Below, one piece after another: positions 9,703 to 18,175 of a stretch of DNA of 32,000 nucleotides. Position 1 is the first letter of the stretch. Every line of letters starts with the position of its first letter. The DNA comes from Desulfotalea psychrophila LSv54 (lineage in GTDB: Bacteria > Desulfobacterota > Desulfobulbia > Desulfobulbales > Desulfocapsaceae). The position numbers were made by a program, and so were the translations under genes. The stretch is taken from assembly GCF_000025945.1 (NCBI RefSeq), contig NC_006138.1:3180001-3212000 (forward strand), written 5' to 3'. A model generated the notes under the pieces. The model was not told the DNA's origin and did not search any database. It saw only the letters and a program-made list of their open reading frames with translations.

Positions 9703-10455
9703 ATGAAAATAACACGAAAGATAATTAAAATAGACGAAGAACTCTGTAACGGATGCGGTCAATGTGTACCTGACTGTGCAGAAGGATCACTACAAATTAT
9801 CGATGGCAAGGCAAAGCTTGTGGCAGACAAACTCTGTGATGGCCTTGGCGCCTGCCTTGGTTCTTGCCCCACGGGAGCACTACAGATCATTGAACGGACA
9901 GCCGACGAGTTTGATGAAGAGGCCGTTGAGGTATTTCTCCATCAACAAAAACAGGTAAACAAGGGGGGCGGTTGTCCTTCAGCTCAGCTAGAGACATTTA
10001 CTCCCTCGTCCATAACAAAAATGGCCGACATGGCAGCGGCACCAAAGCCCTTTGCTGAAATGGAAGCCAACAGCGAGTCTGCCCTGAGCCACTGGCCGAT
10101 CCAAATTCGTCTGGTACCACCAACGGCACCGTTTCTGCGAGGCGCAGACCTGCTCATCGCAGCCGATTGTAGCGCCATTGCCGCAGTTAACTTCCAAAGA
10201 GATTACCTACAGGGAAAAAAGGTCCTTATGGGCTGTCCTAAATTTGACGATGCAGAGCTCTATATAGAAAAATTTCGCGATATCATAGAACAATCAGGGA
10301 TCAAAAGCATCACCGTACTGATCATGGAAGTCCCCTGTTGCTCTGCAATGAACAGCATCCTCAAGCAGGCAGTGGAGCAGGCAACGAAAACTGTCCCCAT
10401 TGAGCAGATCACCATTTCCCGGCAGGGTATAGAACTCGAACGTAAAAAGTGGTAA
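9703..10455 (+). CDS. 4Fe-4S dicluster ferredoxin-like protein with C-terminal cysteine-containing domain
   Basis: Two 4Fe-4S motifs (CNGCGQCVPDC; CDGLGACLGSCPTGA) and good RBS (GGAGG) upstream of ATG at 9703. Confidence 0.88.
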   Translation: MKITRKIIKIDEELCNGCGQCVPDCAEGSLQIIDGKAKLVADKLCDGLGACLGSCPTGALQIIERTADEFDEEAVEVFLHQQKQVNKGGGCPSAQLETFTPSSITKMADMAAAPKPFAEMEANSESALSHWPIQIRLVPPTAPFLRGADLLIAADCSAIAAVNFQRDYLQGKKVLMGCPKFDDAELYIEKFRDIIEQSGIKSITVLIMEVPCCSAMNSILKQAVEQATKTVPIEQITISRQGIELERKKW

Positions 10456-10477
10456 CAAACAGAGAGATGGCAACTTT

Positions 10478-10517
10478 TAGGGAATCAGGTCTGTACGCCT
10501 GTTTCCCTATTTTTTTT
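10478..10517 (+). terminator. Rho-independent terminator of the 4Fe-4S protein gene
   Basis: TAGGGAATCAGG(10478-10489) tctgtacg CCTGTTTCCCTA(10498-10509), 12-bp arms with one mismatch, immediately followed by T(8). Confidence 0.88.
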
Positions 10518-11175
10518 AGTCCCAGAGGAGAGTAATTTCCATGGCCTTTTCCACGACTCTTGCCCCAAAGGGCTGAAGCAGTTGAAAAAGAGGGCGACCA
10601 AAATAAAAGAGTTCATCGGCCAACTTGAGTTGATGAAGCTTGACCTGGCGCGTTCGAAACTGCAAATCAGCACCCACCATTTCCTCCAACTCTTTCTTGA
10701 GGATGGCTGAGATATTTTGCCTATTTTCTGCGATATAGGCAAAGTCCGGTGAGGGGCAGAGCTGTTCATATTCCCTCATTACATCCCTGAGAGGGGAGTC
10801 AACAATATCAAAACGGGTAAGGGTATCCTTCTCCACCATGCCCAGGATTTTTTCAGTATCCCAACACTTCAGCGCTTCACAGGCCACAGGCCGAAATCCA
10901 TAGATGCCACAGCCATTCGCCTGCTCATCATAAAAATAACAGCTCCAACTCCTTCCCTTTCCCCTAATCTTAACAATTTCAGTACTTGCAGGCTGTAATT
11001 CCCCTGTTTCAGGATGAAGAACAAGCTCTCCCCTGCGCAGGGTAATAAGCTTATCTATGCCAATTTTACCACTTTCAAGCAAAGGCAAATCTGCCGTATG
11101 CAGAGCCGGACCTCCTTCCTTACAACAACTGCCACACCTCTTACAACTCTGCTGCAGACCCATACTTCTCTCCAA
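10516..11175 (-). CDS. YkgJ-family cysteine cluster protein
   Basis: CKRCGSCCKEGGPALHTADLPLL...CYFYDEQANGCGIYGFRPVACEALKCW pattern of the Fe/Zn-chelating CxxCxxCC family. Confidence 0.85.
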   Translation of the reverse strand: MERSMGLQQSCKRCGSCCKEGGPALHTADLPLLESGKIGIDKLITLRRGELVLHPETGELQPASTEIVKIRGKGRSWSCYFYDEQANGCGIYGFRPVACEALKCWDTEKILGMVEKDTLTRFDIVDSPLRDVMREYEQLCPSPDFAYIAENRQNISAILKKELEEMVGADLQFRTRQVKLHQLKLADELFYFGRPLFQLLQPFGARVVEKAMEITLLWD

Positions 11176-11186
11176 TAATGATTGCT

Positions 11187-11837
11187 CTACATAAACCTTG
11201 GCCTTAAAACAGTTAAACCATCCTGTTCGAGCAATTTATAGACTATTGCAAGCCGATATGTATTAATTCGCACATAAATCTTTGCCTCTGTATCCGACGC
11301 GGGCATACGAATAAGACGGGTAAAGGCAATACCATTCTTTTCCAATATATTTACAATGGTCCCCATGATACCAATTTCACCGCTATCGGCAATACCAATC
11401 AACGCAGAACCCTTATCTGCAACACCAAAGAGATTTTTATAAGCGGCAATAAGATCACGAATGGAAAACATACCTACCACTAAATCCTGATCATTGACAA
11501 CAGGCACCCCACCAACCTTCTCTCTATCAAAGAGAAAAAGGGCATCATCCAAGGTGGCTTGGGGATGAATAGTGGCACAGTTCACCGTCATAATTTCAGA
11601 GACAGGAGTCTTTTCCACCCCAAGAAACTTCCCTGAGCTTTCCTCTCCACTCTCAAGAGATGAGGGGTAGGCCGAACGCAAATCACGATCGGTAATAATG
11701 CCCAACAGCCTTTGCCCATCATCAACAACGGGTAGATGCCTGAATTTAAAGGCATCCAAAATACCTCGTGCCTCCGGCAACAGGGTATGGGGATAAATGG
11801 TCAGTGGTTCAGGGGTCATATATTCAGATATGTACAT
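11187..11837 (-). CDS. Tandem CBS domain protein with C-terminal ACT-like region, AcuB-like
   Basis: YMTPEPLTIYPHTLLPEARGILDAFKFRHLPVVDDGQRLLGIITDRDLR and VSEIMTVNCATIHPQATLDDALFLFDREKVGGVPVVNDQDLVVGMFSIRDL, followed by a betaalpha-type C-terminal segment. Confidence 0.87.
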   Translation of the reverse strand: MYISEYMTPEPLTIYPHTLLPEARGILDAFKFRHLPVVDDGQRLLGIITDRDLRSAYPSSLESGEESSGKFLGVEKTPVSEIMTVNCATIHPQATLDDALFLFDREKVGGVPVVNDQDLVVGMFSIRDLIAAYKNLFGVADKGSALIGIADSGEIGIMGTIVNILEKNGIAFTRLIRMPASDTEAKIYVRINTYRLAIVYKLLEQDGLTVLRPRFM

Positions 11838-11867
11838 AGGCAGACCTCTTTTCTAAGAAATAACACT

Positions 11868-12842
11868 CTATATATCTAGCTCACAGGCAAGAAGACCTGC
11901 AACATACTGTTCAACAGATTCTCCTAAAACCGACAACTCATAACCGCCTTCCAGAATAGAGACAACCCTACCACCTGCAAAGCGTTTCCCCCAACTACTC
12001 ACCTGTTTTCCTATTTGATAAAAAAGAGCAGTAGAATAACCAAGCCCCGACATATCATCGGCCCTATGACCATCAAAACCTGCCGCAACCAACAGGCAAT
12101 CGGGCCGCCACTCCTCTAAAAATGGTTCCACTCTTTCCCTCATGACAGCCAAAAACTGGTCATCTCCAGCACCGGGTGACAGGGGCAGATTCAGAATTGT
12201 CCCCTTGCCCAAACCAGTACCGATCTCTTCAGCAAAGCCCGTGCCCGGATAGCTAAAACTGGGATGTTCATGAATACTAATATAGAGACTCTTCGGATCA
12301 CGCTCTAATCCGGCCTGAATGCCATTGCCATGGTGAGCATCAAAGTCAATAACAGCAACCCGCCTGCGACCATATTTTTCCTGCCAATATCGAGCGGCAA
12401 TCAGGACATTATTATAAAAACAAAAGCCAAATGGTTTTCCCTTTTCCGCGTGGTGCCCCGGCGGGCGAATAACACAAAATATTTGCCTTGCGTCCCCGGC
12501 CTCAAGCAGGTCAATTCCCTTCAGGCCTGCGCCTGCAGCAAGGGCGGCAACCTGATACGTATGATAACCAATTTGATTATCAAGATGGTCAATATGAGAC
12601 TTGCCAAAGAGAACAGCCTCTTCAAAACGAAAAAGCCAATCTTCTTCGTGGGCCAAGAGGAGACTCGCGCGACGGGCAAGCCTTGAGGCAACAAATTTAA
12701 GATGAGGGAGCAGGGGACTCTCCTCAAGACATTTCAAAATAACCTCAAGACGAGCGGGAACTTCAGGATGTCCCCCTCCCCCAGTATCATGTTTTAGACA
12801 GTCAAAATCTGTTATAACAGTAAGTAACGGCAGAGAAATCAT
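11868..12842 (-). CDS. Histone deacetylase superfamily / AcuC-like deacetylase
   Basis: HPEVPARLE, IRPPGHHAEKGKPFGFCFYNNVLIAARY, VAVIDFDAHHGNGIQ, VAAGFDGHRADDM, ILEGGYE. Confidence 0.93.
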   Translation of the reverse strand: MISLPLLTVITDFDCLKHDTGGGGHPEVPARLEVILKCLEESPLLPHLKFVASRLARRASLLLAHEEDWLFRFEEAVLFGKSHIDHLDNQIGYHTYQVAALAAGAGLKGIDLLEAGDARQIFCVIRPPGHHAEKGKPFGFCFYNNVLIAARYWQEKYGRRRVAVIDFDAHHGNGIQAGLERDPKSLYISIHEHPSFSYPGTGFAEEIGTGLGKGTILNLPLSPGAGDDQFLAVMRERVEPFLEEWRPDCLLVAAGFDGHRADDMSGLGYSTALFYQIGKQVSSWGKRFAGGRVVSILEGGYELSVLGESVEQYVAGLLACELDI

Positions 12843-12993
12843 GTTATATTTTCATATGTACCAAATAAACAACGGTTGTAGAAAGGACTCTTTTCAGTAT
12901 ATTCTCATTGTGACGAACAAGGTTCTATGGCATAAAGTGCCAAGAGAACGACTCTAAACTATATGAATATATATTTTTTTTAACAAGATAATT

Positions 12994-13251
12994 ATGAAAA
13001 TAACCTTTTATGGCAGCAGGTTCTGCCCTCGGTGTAGACAGGCAAAAAAGCACCTAGTGCAACTGCAGAGAGAATTTCCACAGCTAGAGATTGAATATAT
13101 TGAAGTCACCACAGCTCCCATTAAAACAGTAAGGGCTGGTGTCTTTATGATTCCAAGTATTCAGGGCAGAAGCGGTACGCTCTCCGGCATTTTCTTACCG
13201 GAAGAAAAAATTCATGCCTTTCTCAAAGAAGAATACCGATACAACCAATAA
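12994..13251 (+). CDS. Thioredoxin/glutaredoxin-fold small protein
   Basis: MKITFYGSRFCPRCRQAKKHL with CPRC redox motif and MIPSIQ cis-Pro motif. Confidence 0.72.
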   Translation: MKITFYGSRFCPRCRQAKKHLVQLQREFPQLEIEYIEVTTAPIKTVRAGVFMIPSIQGRSGTLSGIFLPEEKIHAFLKEEYRYNQ

Positions 13252-13262
13252 AAAGAAAAATA

Positions 13263-14102
13263 ATGAGAAATTTTTTAATAAGCTCAGTAACCCGTATCGA
13301 CTTAGTAGTATGGCTTTTGGTAATAAGCTTTTTTCTGGGGTCAGCAGTACTCTTTAACGGCGATTTACCCATGTCATTCCTTGGCGCCGCCGGTATTATT
13401 TTTGAAATGCTCCTTATCGGCATGGCGGTGGAAATAATTATTGAATGTTTAAAAAACACCAAGGGAATAGGTACGCTCACCGGATTTATCACCAACGGCC
13501 CGGAGGCAATCACCCTTATTGTAGGGCTGGTGGCAGGCGACATTATCTTTGCAGCCTCTACCCCGCTTGGTTCAAATTTTATGAATCCGATATTGCTCCT
13601 TATTGCCACCCTGACCTGTGGTTATTTTTTTACAATCAGCAAAATTCACCCCATATACACAATTTTTTCAATCGGTACAACAGCACTTTTAGCCGGGACA
13701 TTTTTTTTATTACCTACCCAGTATTATCTTTTCTGGGGCCTTACCGTCCTCATCGTCACCGTCCCCCTATTTATCTTTCGGCCAAAGGAAGAGGGGGAGG
13801 AAGAGACAGGCTATAGCTTCAGCCCCAGGCTGTGGATTCTTCCAGCAATTCTTATTCTCTGCATGGCAGGATACTTCCTTGACCCCATAGTGAGTTTTAC
13901 CGCTGAACACTCCAAGGCTCCTAAAAACATTATTGGTTTTATCGTCCTGGCAACCCTGACAAGCTGGCCTGAATTCAAATCATGCCTTGCCCTACTCAAG
14001 CGCAACAATCCTCTGGCCGCAATCCTCAATATTGTCGTATCCAATATCACCAATATCTGGCTGGCAGTCATCGGCGTCGGAGTATACCTTTTTAACCAGT
14101 GA
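13263..14102 (+). CDS. CaCA (sodium/calcium exchanger)-like membrane protein
   Basis: 279 aa, strongly hydrophobic, two alpha-repeat-like stretches: FITNGPEAITLIVGLVAGDIIFAASTPLGSNFMNP and LATLTSWPEFKSCLALLKRNNPLAAILNIVVSNITNIWLAVIG. Confidence 0.72.
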   Translation: MRNFLISSVTRIDLVVWLLVISFFLGSAVLFNGDLPMSFLGAAGIIFEMLLIGMAVEIIIECLKNTKGIGTLTGFITNGPEAITLIVGLVAGDIIFAASTPLGSNFMNPILLLIATLTCGYFFTISKIHPIYTIFSIGTTALLAGTFFLLPTQYYLFWGLTVLIVTVPLFIFRPKEEGEEETGYSFSPRLWILPAILILCMAGYFLDPIVSFTAEHSKAPKNIIGFIVLATLTSWPEFKSCLALLKRNNPLAAILNIVVSNITNIWLAVIGVGVYLFNQ

Positions 14103-14136
14103 TGACAGGGTAGAGCCTGGCTAAGCCCAAAGCCTC

Positions 14137-15009
14137 TTAATCAACGGGCAGGTCCCGGGCCCAATCCGCAGCCTGATCGATGAGATACCTTAGGGCAGAA
14201 TTGGCATTAAGAGACGAATGCCAAATTAAATAAATATCCCGTGGAGGCAGGACTGGCCCCGTTAATTCCTTTATCCGACCCGATCGAAAATATGCCTGGG
14301 CAAGTATCCTCGGCACACAGGCTATCCCCATGCCATAAGCCACCTGCTCAAGCAGGACAAGGCTTTGCGGAATTTCAACCACATGCCCTATATCAATACA
14401 GGGGGCAACAACGGCATGCCAGTATTGGGCCATCCCCGAGCCCGGCTCCCTGATAAACCAGGTACGATCCGTCACCTCTTCTATGGAATTTGCCTCCTCT
14501 CTGCTGGAGGCAATATAGCACATACCGTCTTTTATCAGGCTCTGAGAACAGACATCAGCGGAGGGACGACCTTCGACAATTGCCAGATCAATGGCAAAGT
14601 CACTAATTTCATGACAATTTTTCGCAGTGTTTCCGGCAAAAAAATGAACATCCATTTGCGGCTGTTTTTGTGACCAGTAGTGCATAAGAGAAGGAGCATA
14701 GAGACTACAGGCCCCTACAGTTCCGCCAAAACGCAGTTGCATCAGGGTTTCCGCCTTAGCAAATGTCTGATAGAGGGCATTTGCCTGGTTAAGAAGCTTT
14801 TGTGACTGTTCAAAAAAAGCATCTCCATCACCCGTTCGCAATAAGTGCTTTTTTTCACGCACAAAAAGCGCATGACCAAGCTGTATTTCTAACTCCTTAA
14901 TTGCCTGACTCACTGCTGCCTTTGACAATGGGATAAGCTCTGCAGCATGGCTGATACTTTGATACCTGGCCACGGCACAAAAAATTTCAAGCTGACGAAT
15001 CGTAAACAT
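14137..15009 (-). CDS. LysR-family transcriptional regulator
   Basis: MFTIRQLEIFCAVARYQSISHAAELIPLSKAAVSQAIKELEIQLGHALFVREKKHLLRT. ORF track extends to 15096, but ATG at 15009 begins the conserved HTH. Confidence 0.93.
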   Translation of the reverse strand: MFTIRQLEIFCAVARYQSISHAAELIPLSKAAVSQAIKELEIQLGHALFVREKKHLLRTGDGDAFFEQSQKLLNQANALYQTFAKAETLMQLRFGGTVGACSLYAPSLMHYWSQKQPQMDVHFFAGNTAKNCHEISDFAIDLAIVEGRPSADVCSQSLIKDGMCYIASSREEANSIEEVTDRTWFIREPGSGMAQYWHAVVAPCIDIGHVVEIPQSLVLLEQVAYGMGIACVPRILAQAYFRSGRIKELTGPVLPPRDIYLIWHSSLNANSALRYLIDQAADWARDLPVD

Positions 15010-15546
15010 AGCTTCCCTATATTTTATAATTATGATTATCTCATTTTTCTTACCGTAATAGTGCCAATTTTCCTTTTTTTTACAAGCAAAATTCATAAAA
15101 CAGATATCAATTTACATATTTTTTTTCAAACATGTTAAATCAATCTTTTCTCTGCGAGCAATAAAAAACAGTTTATAATTAACCTCCCACAAAAAACATT
15201 GAAGCATTTAACGCCAATGGATACTCTAAAAGAGTCTCATCAACCCAAAGCAAATTTATAAAAGAATCAGCAAGCGAAAAGGAGTCAATATCTGGTGCGC
15301 TTAGCTCAATATGAAAAGAGAGGTTGTATATATTTTCCCCAGCTAATTTTAGCCAATGGGTAAAAAACACCCAAATTCTTTGCGGAATTCATTATTTTTC
15401 ACCTTGTAAATATCCGCAAGTCAAACGCTTATTCTGTTGTTTTACATTGGCATGTTTGTTGCTGTTTAATTATGTTAACAACCTTAAAAAAACTGTCTCT
15501 ATTTTAAGACAAAAGACATCTAACCAACAGATCAACAAAATATTCT

Positions 15547-16926
15547 ATGAGAATATCACAACAAGCCTCACTCATACTGTTTATAGCTATTATAATAAGT
15601 AGCTGTTCGATGGATAAGACTGATATTACAACAGTCTCTTTTCAGGTACCTACAGAATTTTCAGAGCAGGGGACGAAACAGCTTTCGCAAAAATGGTGGG
15701 AAGACTTCAACGACCCCAAGCTCAATGCTCTTATAGAAAGATCACTCACCAACAACTTTTCACTCCGGGCAGCCCTCAATCGCCTCCAACAGGCAGAGGC
15801 CCGTTATGGTATCAGCCACGCTGAACTCTTTCCCAAGGTGGATGGTACAGCCAAGGCTGAAACAGGACGGACACGAGCACAGAGTGAGAGCACGGGGAAT
15901 CAATCTCTGCTTCTGGGACTGACAGCCTCCTACGAACTTGACCTTTGGGGACGGATTCGCTCTCTGAACGATGCCGCCCAACTTGACCTGAACGCTAGCA
16001 GCATGGACCTGGAGACAGCAGCAATAAGCCTCTCTTCACAAATAGGCGTCATATGGTACCAACTCTGCGAACAACGTAGTCGTCTTCTAATTATCAAAGA
16101 TCAGATAGCCACCAACCAGAAAGGTCTCTATATCATTAACCTGCAGTTTCGAACAGGAAAAATTTCCATCGCCGATGTGCTCCAACAACAACAACTCATC
16201 GAGTCAAATCGAGCCGAACAGACCCAGCTGGAAAAGGAAATACGCCTCAGCTATTATAGCCTGAATACCCTGGTGGGCAATCCCCCCGCCCAGTCCGGGA
16301 CAATCCCTGAATCAACGGGACTCATTGAATTACCCGCCCTCCCTAAAACAGGGTTGCCACTTGAATTCATCCAAAGACGACCCGATCTTAAATCCGCCTT
16401 TTTGGCCGTTCAAGCAGCGGACAAACGTCTTGGGGCAGCAATAGCGGCACGTTACCCAGCCATCAGTATCAGCGCGGACATCAACACATCGGCTGAATCG
16501 GCCAGAGATCTTTTTGATAACTGGTTCAGTAATCTGGCAGCAAATCTTCTCGCTCCCCTTATTGACGGAGGTAAACGGGTCGCAGAAGTCGAAAAACAGA
16601 GGGCAGTTGTTCAGGAAATGTTCAATAACTATAATCAAAAATCTCTTGAGGCCCTCAGTGAAGTTGAAAAGGCACTGATCAGAGAAAAGCAACAGCATAT
16701 ATATATAGCCCAGGTAGACAGACAGTTTGTCCTCTCTGCCAAGGCCATGAAACAGATAAAAAATCATTATCTCAATGGCAGCGAAAATTATCAGCGGGTA
16801 CTCACAGCCCTCGTCTCTACCCAAAACCTTGCCCAGCAACAGATCAGCGCTCGCTTTAACCTGATCAACAACAGAATAGAGCTTTGCCGAGCCCTTGCTG
16901 GTGGTTGGCAGAACAATGAAAAATAA
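15547..16926 (+). CDS. Outer membrane efflux lipoprotein, TolC/NodT family
   Basis: N-terminal lipoprotein signal (LILFIAIIISSC), KWWEDFNDPKLNALIERSLTNNFSLRAALNRLQQAEARYG, TLVGNPP, IPESTGLIELPALPKTGLPLEFIQRRPDLKSA. Confidence 0.92.
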   Translation: MRISQQASLILFIAIIISSCSMDKTDITTVSFQVPTEFSEQGTKQLSQKWWEDFNDPKLNALIERSLTNNFSLRAALNRLQQAEARYGISHAELFPKVDGTAKAETGRTRAQSESTGNQSLLLGLTASYELDLWGRIRSLNDAAQLDLNASSMDLETAAISLSSQIGVIWYQLCEQRSRLLIIKDQIATNQKGLYIINLQFRTGKISIADVLQQQQLIESNRAEQTQLEKEIRLSYYSLNTLVGNPPAQSGTIPESTGLIELPALPKTGLPLEFIQRRPDLKSAFLAVQAADKRLGAAIAARYPAISISADINTSAESARDLFDNWFSNLAANLLAPLIDGGKRVAEVEKQRAVVQEMFNNYNQKSLEALSEVEKALIREKQQHIYIAQVDRQFVLSAKAMKQIKNHYLNGSENYQRVLTALVSTQNLAQQQISARFNLINNRIELCRALAGGWQNNEK

Positions 16927-16952
16927 AAAAATATCACCTATTTCAGGACCCT

Positions 16953-18175
16953 ATGAGTAATCCAACAAATACATTTTGGACCAAGACAGGCAACTTCCTA
17001 CTTCCCATAGCCATCATTGCCTGTGCCATCGCCATTGCCTTTTGGCTTATCGAGACCAAACCTGAGGCACAGCAAAAGCCACAGAAAAAGTTCAGTACCA
17101 TCGTCGAAGTTCAACAAGTAGAACGAGGCCCTGAGCATATTTATATAGAGGCAAGGGGAGTCGTTGGCCCAAGTAAAAGAATTACCATTACCACCCAGAT
17201 AACAGGAAAGATTCTTCACCTTGACCCCAATTTTCAACCCGGTGGCTTTTTAAAAAAAGATGCTGTCATGGCAAGGATAGACCCCCGAGACTATCAGTTT
17301 ATCCTGCAACAACGCCAAGCAGAACTCAAGAGCAGCAGAAGTGAACTTGTTCTGGAAACAGGTAATCAACTTGTTGCCCTTAAAGAGCTTGAGCTCCTCG
17401 GAGAACCTGTGTCTGCCGAAGAAAAGCACCTGATGCTGCGAGGGCCGCAACTCAAAAAACTACATAATAATCTGAATTCGGATCAGGCCCGTTACGACCA
17501 GGCAAAACTGAATTTGGCTCGCACCAAGATAAGAGCTCCCTTCAACGGAACCGTTGACAGTCTCAGTAGCGATATTGGCTCACTGGTAACCAATGGCACA
17601 GGCCTTGCCAGTTTCACTGGAACAGATGAGTTTTGGATACAACTGCAGTACCGGTAGATCAGCTCCGCTGGATTACCATTCCCAAAAAAAATGGCGAAAA
17701 AGGATCACAGGTACAAATTTTCTACGACGATGTCTGGCCAACAGAGAGCTATCGTCTGGGCGAAGTAATCCGCCTCAATGCCAATCTTGAAGAGAATGGT
17801 CGCCAAGCCATTCTCATTGTCCGAATCATGGACCCCCTGGCACTGAGAGCAGAAAACGCCCACAAACCACCTCTGCTTTTAAATTCCTATGTCCGGGGCA
17901 AGATAGATTGTAGCACCCTCCCCCAGGTCGTAAAGATTAAGCGACAGTATATGCAAGATGGAAACAATATCTGGATAATGACCCCGGAGAAGACCCTTGA
18001 AATTCGTCCCCTGCAGGTGCTCTTTAAAAACCAAAACGAAATCATCGTAGAAAAGGGTCTTGAGGCAGGAGAACATTACATCACCTCCACCCTTACCGCA
18101 CCCATCACAGAAATGTTACTACAGACCAAGGATGAGGGGCTGAGTAGAGCCAAGACAAAAGCGGAGAAAAAGTAA
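16953..18175 (+). pseudogene. RND efflux periplasmic adaptor (HlyD/AcrA family), split by a -1 frameshift
   Basis: Frame 1 ORF 16953..17657 ends ...GLASFTGTDEFWIQLQYR*. ORF 17633..18175 continues the same protein: ...TAVPVDQLRWITIPKKNGEKG...VKIKRQYMQDGNNIWIM.... Adding one A after the CAA at 17640-17642 gives FWIQTAVPVDQLRWI and restores one continuous ORF. Confidence 0.88.

Noticed and set aside
9389-9715. 108-aa minus-strand ORF upstream of nrdJ
   Set aside because: Mostly intergenic and partly hydrophobic, but overlaps the 4Fe-4S gene start and has no recognisable domain; kept as uncertain rather than called.
12930-12949. Sigma54 -24/-12 promoter on the minus strand (TGGCAC...)
   Set aside because: TGGCAC is present but the required GC element at the -12 spacing is not.
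15324-15602. 92-aa plus-strand ORF
   Set aside because: Overlaps the well-supported start of the efflux lipoprotein at 15547 and has no recognisable motif.
16330-16839. 169-aa minus-strand ORF
   Set aside because: Antisense to the TolC-like gene, which has clear family motifs.
17625-17660. Programmed ribosomal frameshift in the RND adaptor
   Set aside because: No canonical X-XXY-YYZ slippery heptamer at the junction; mutation or sequencing error is simpler.
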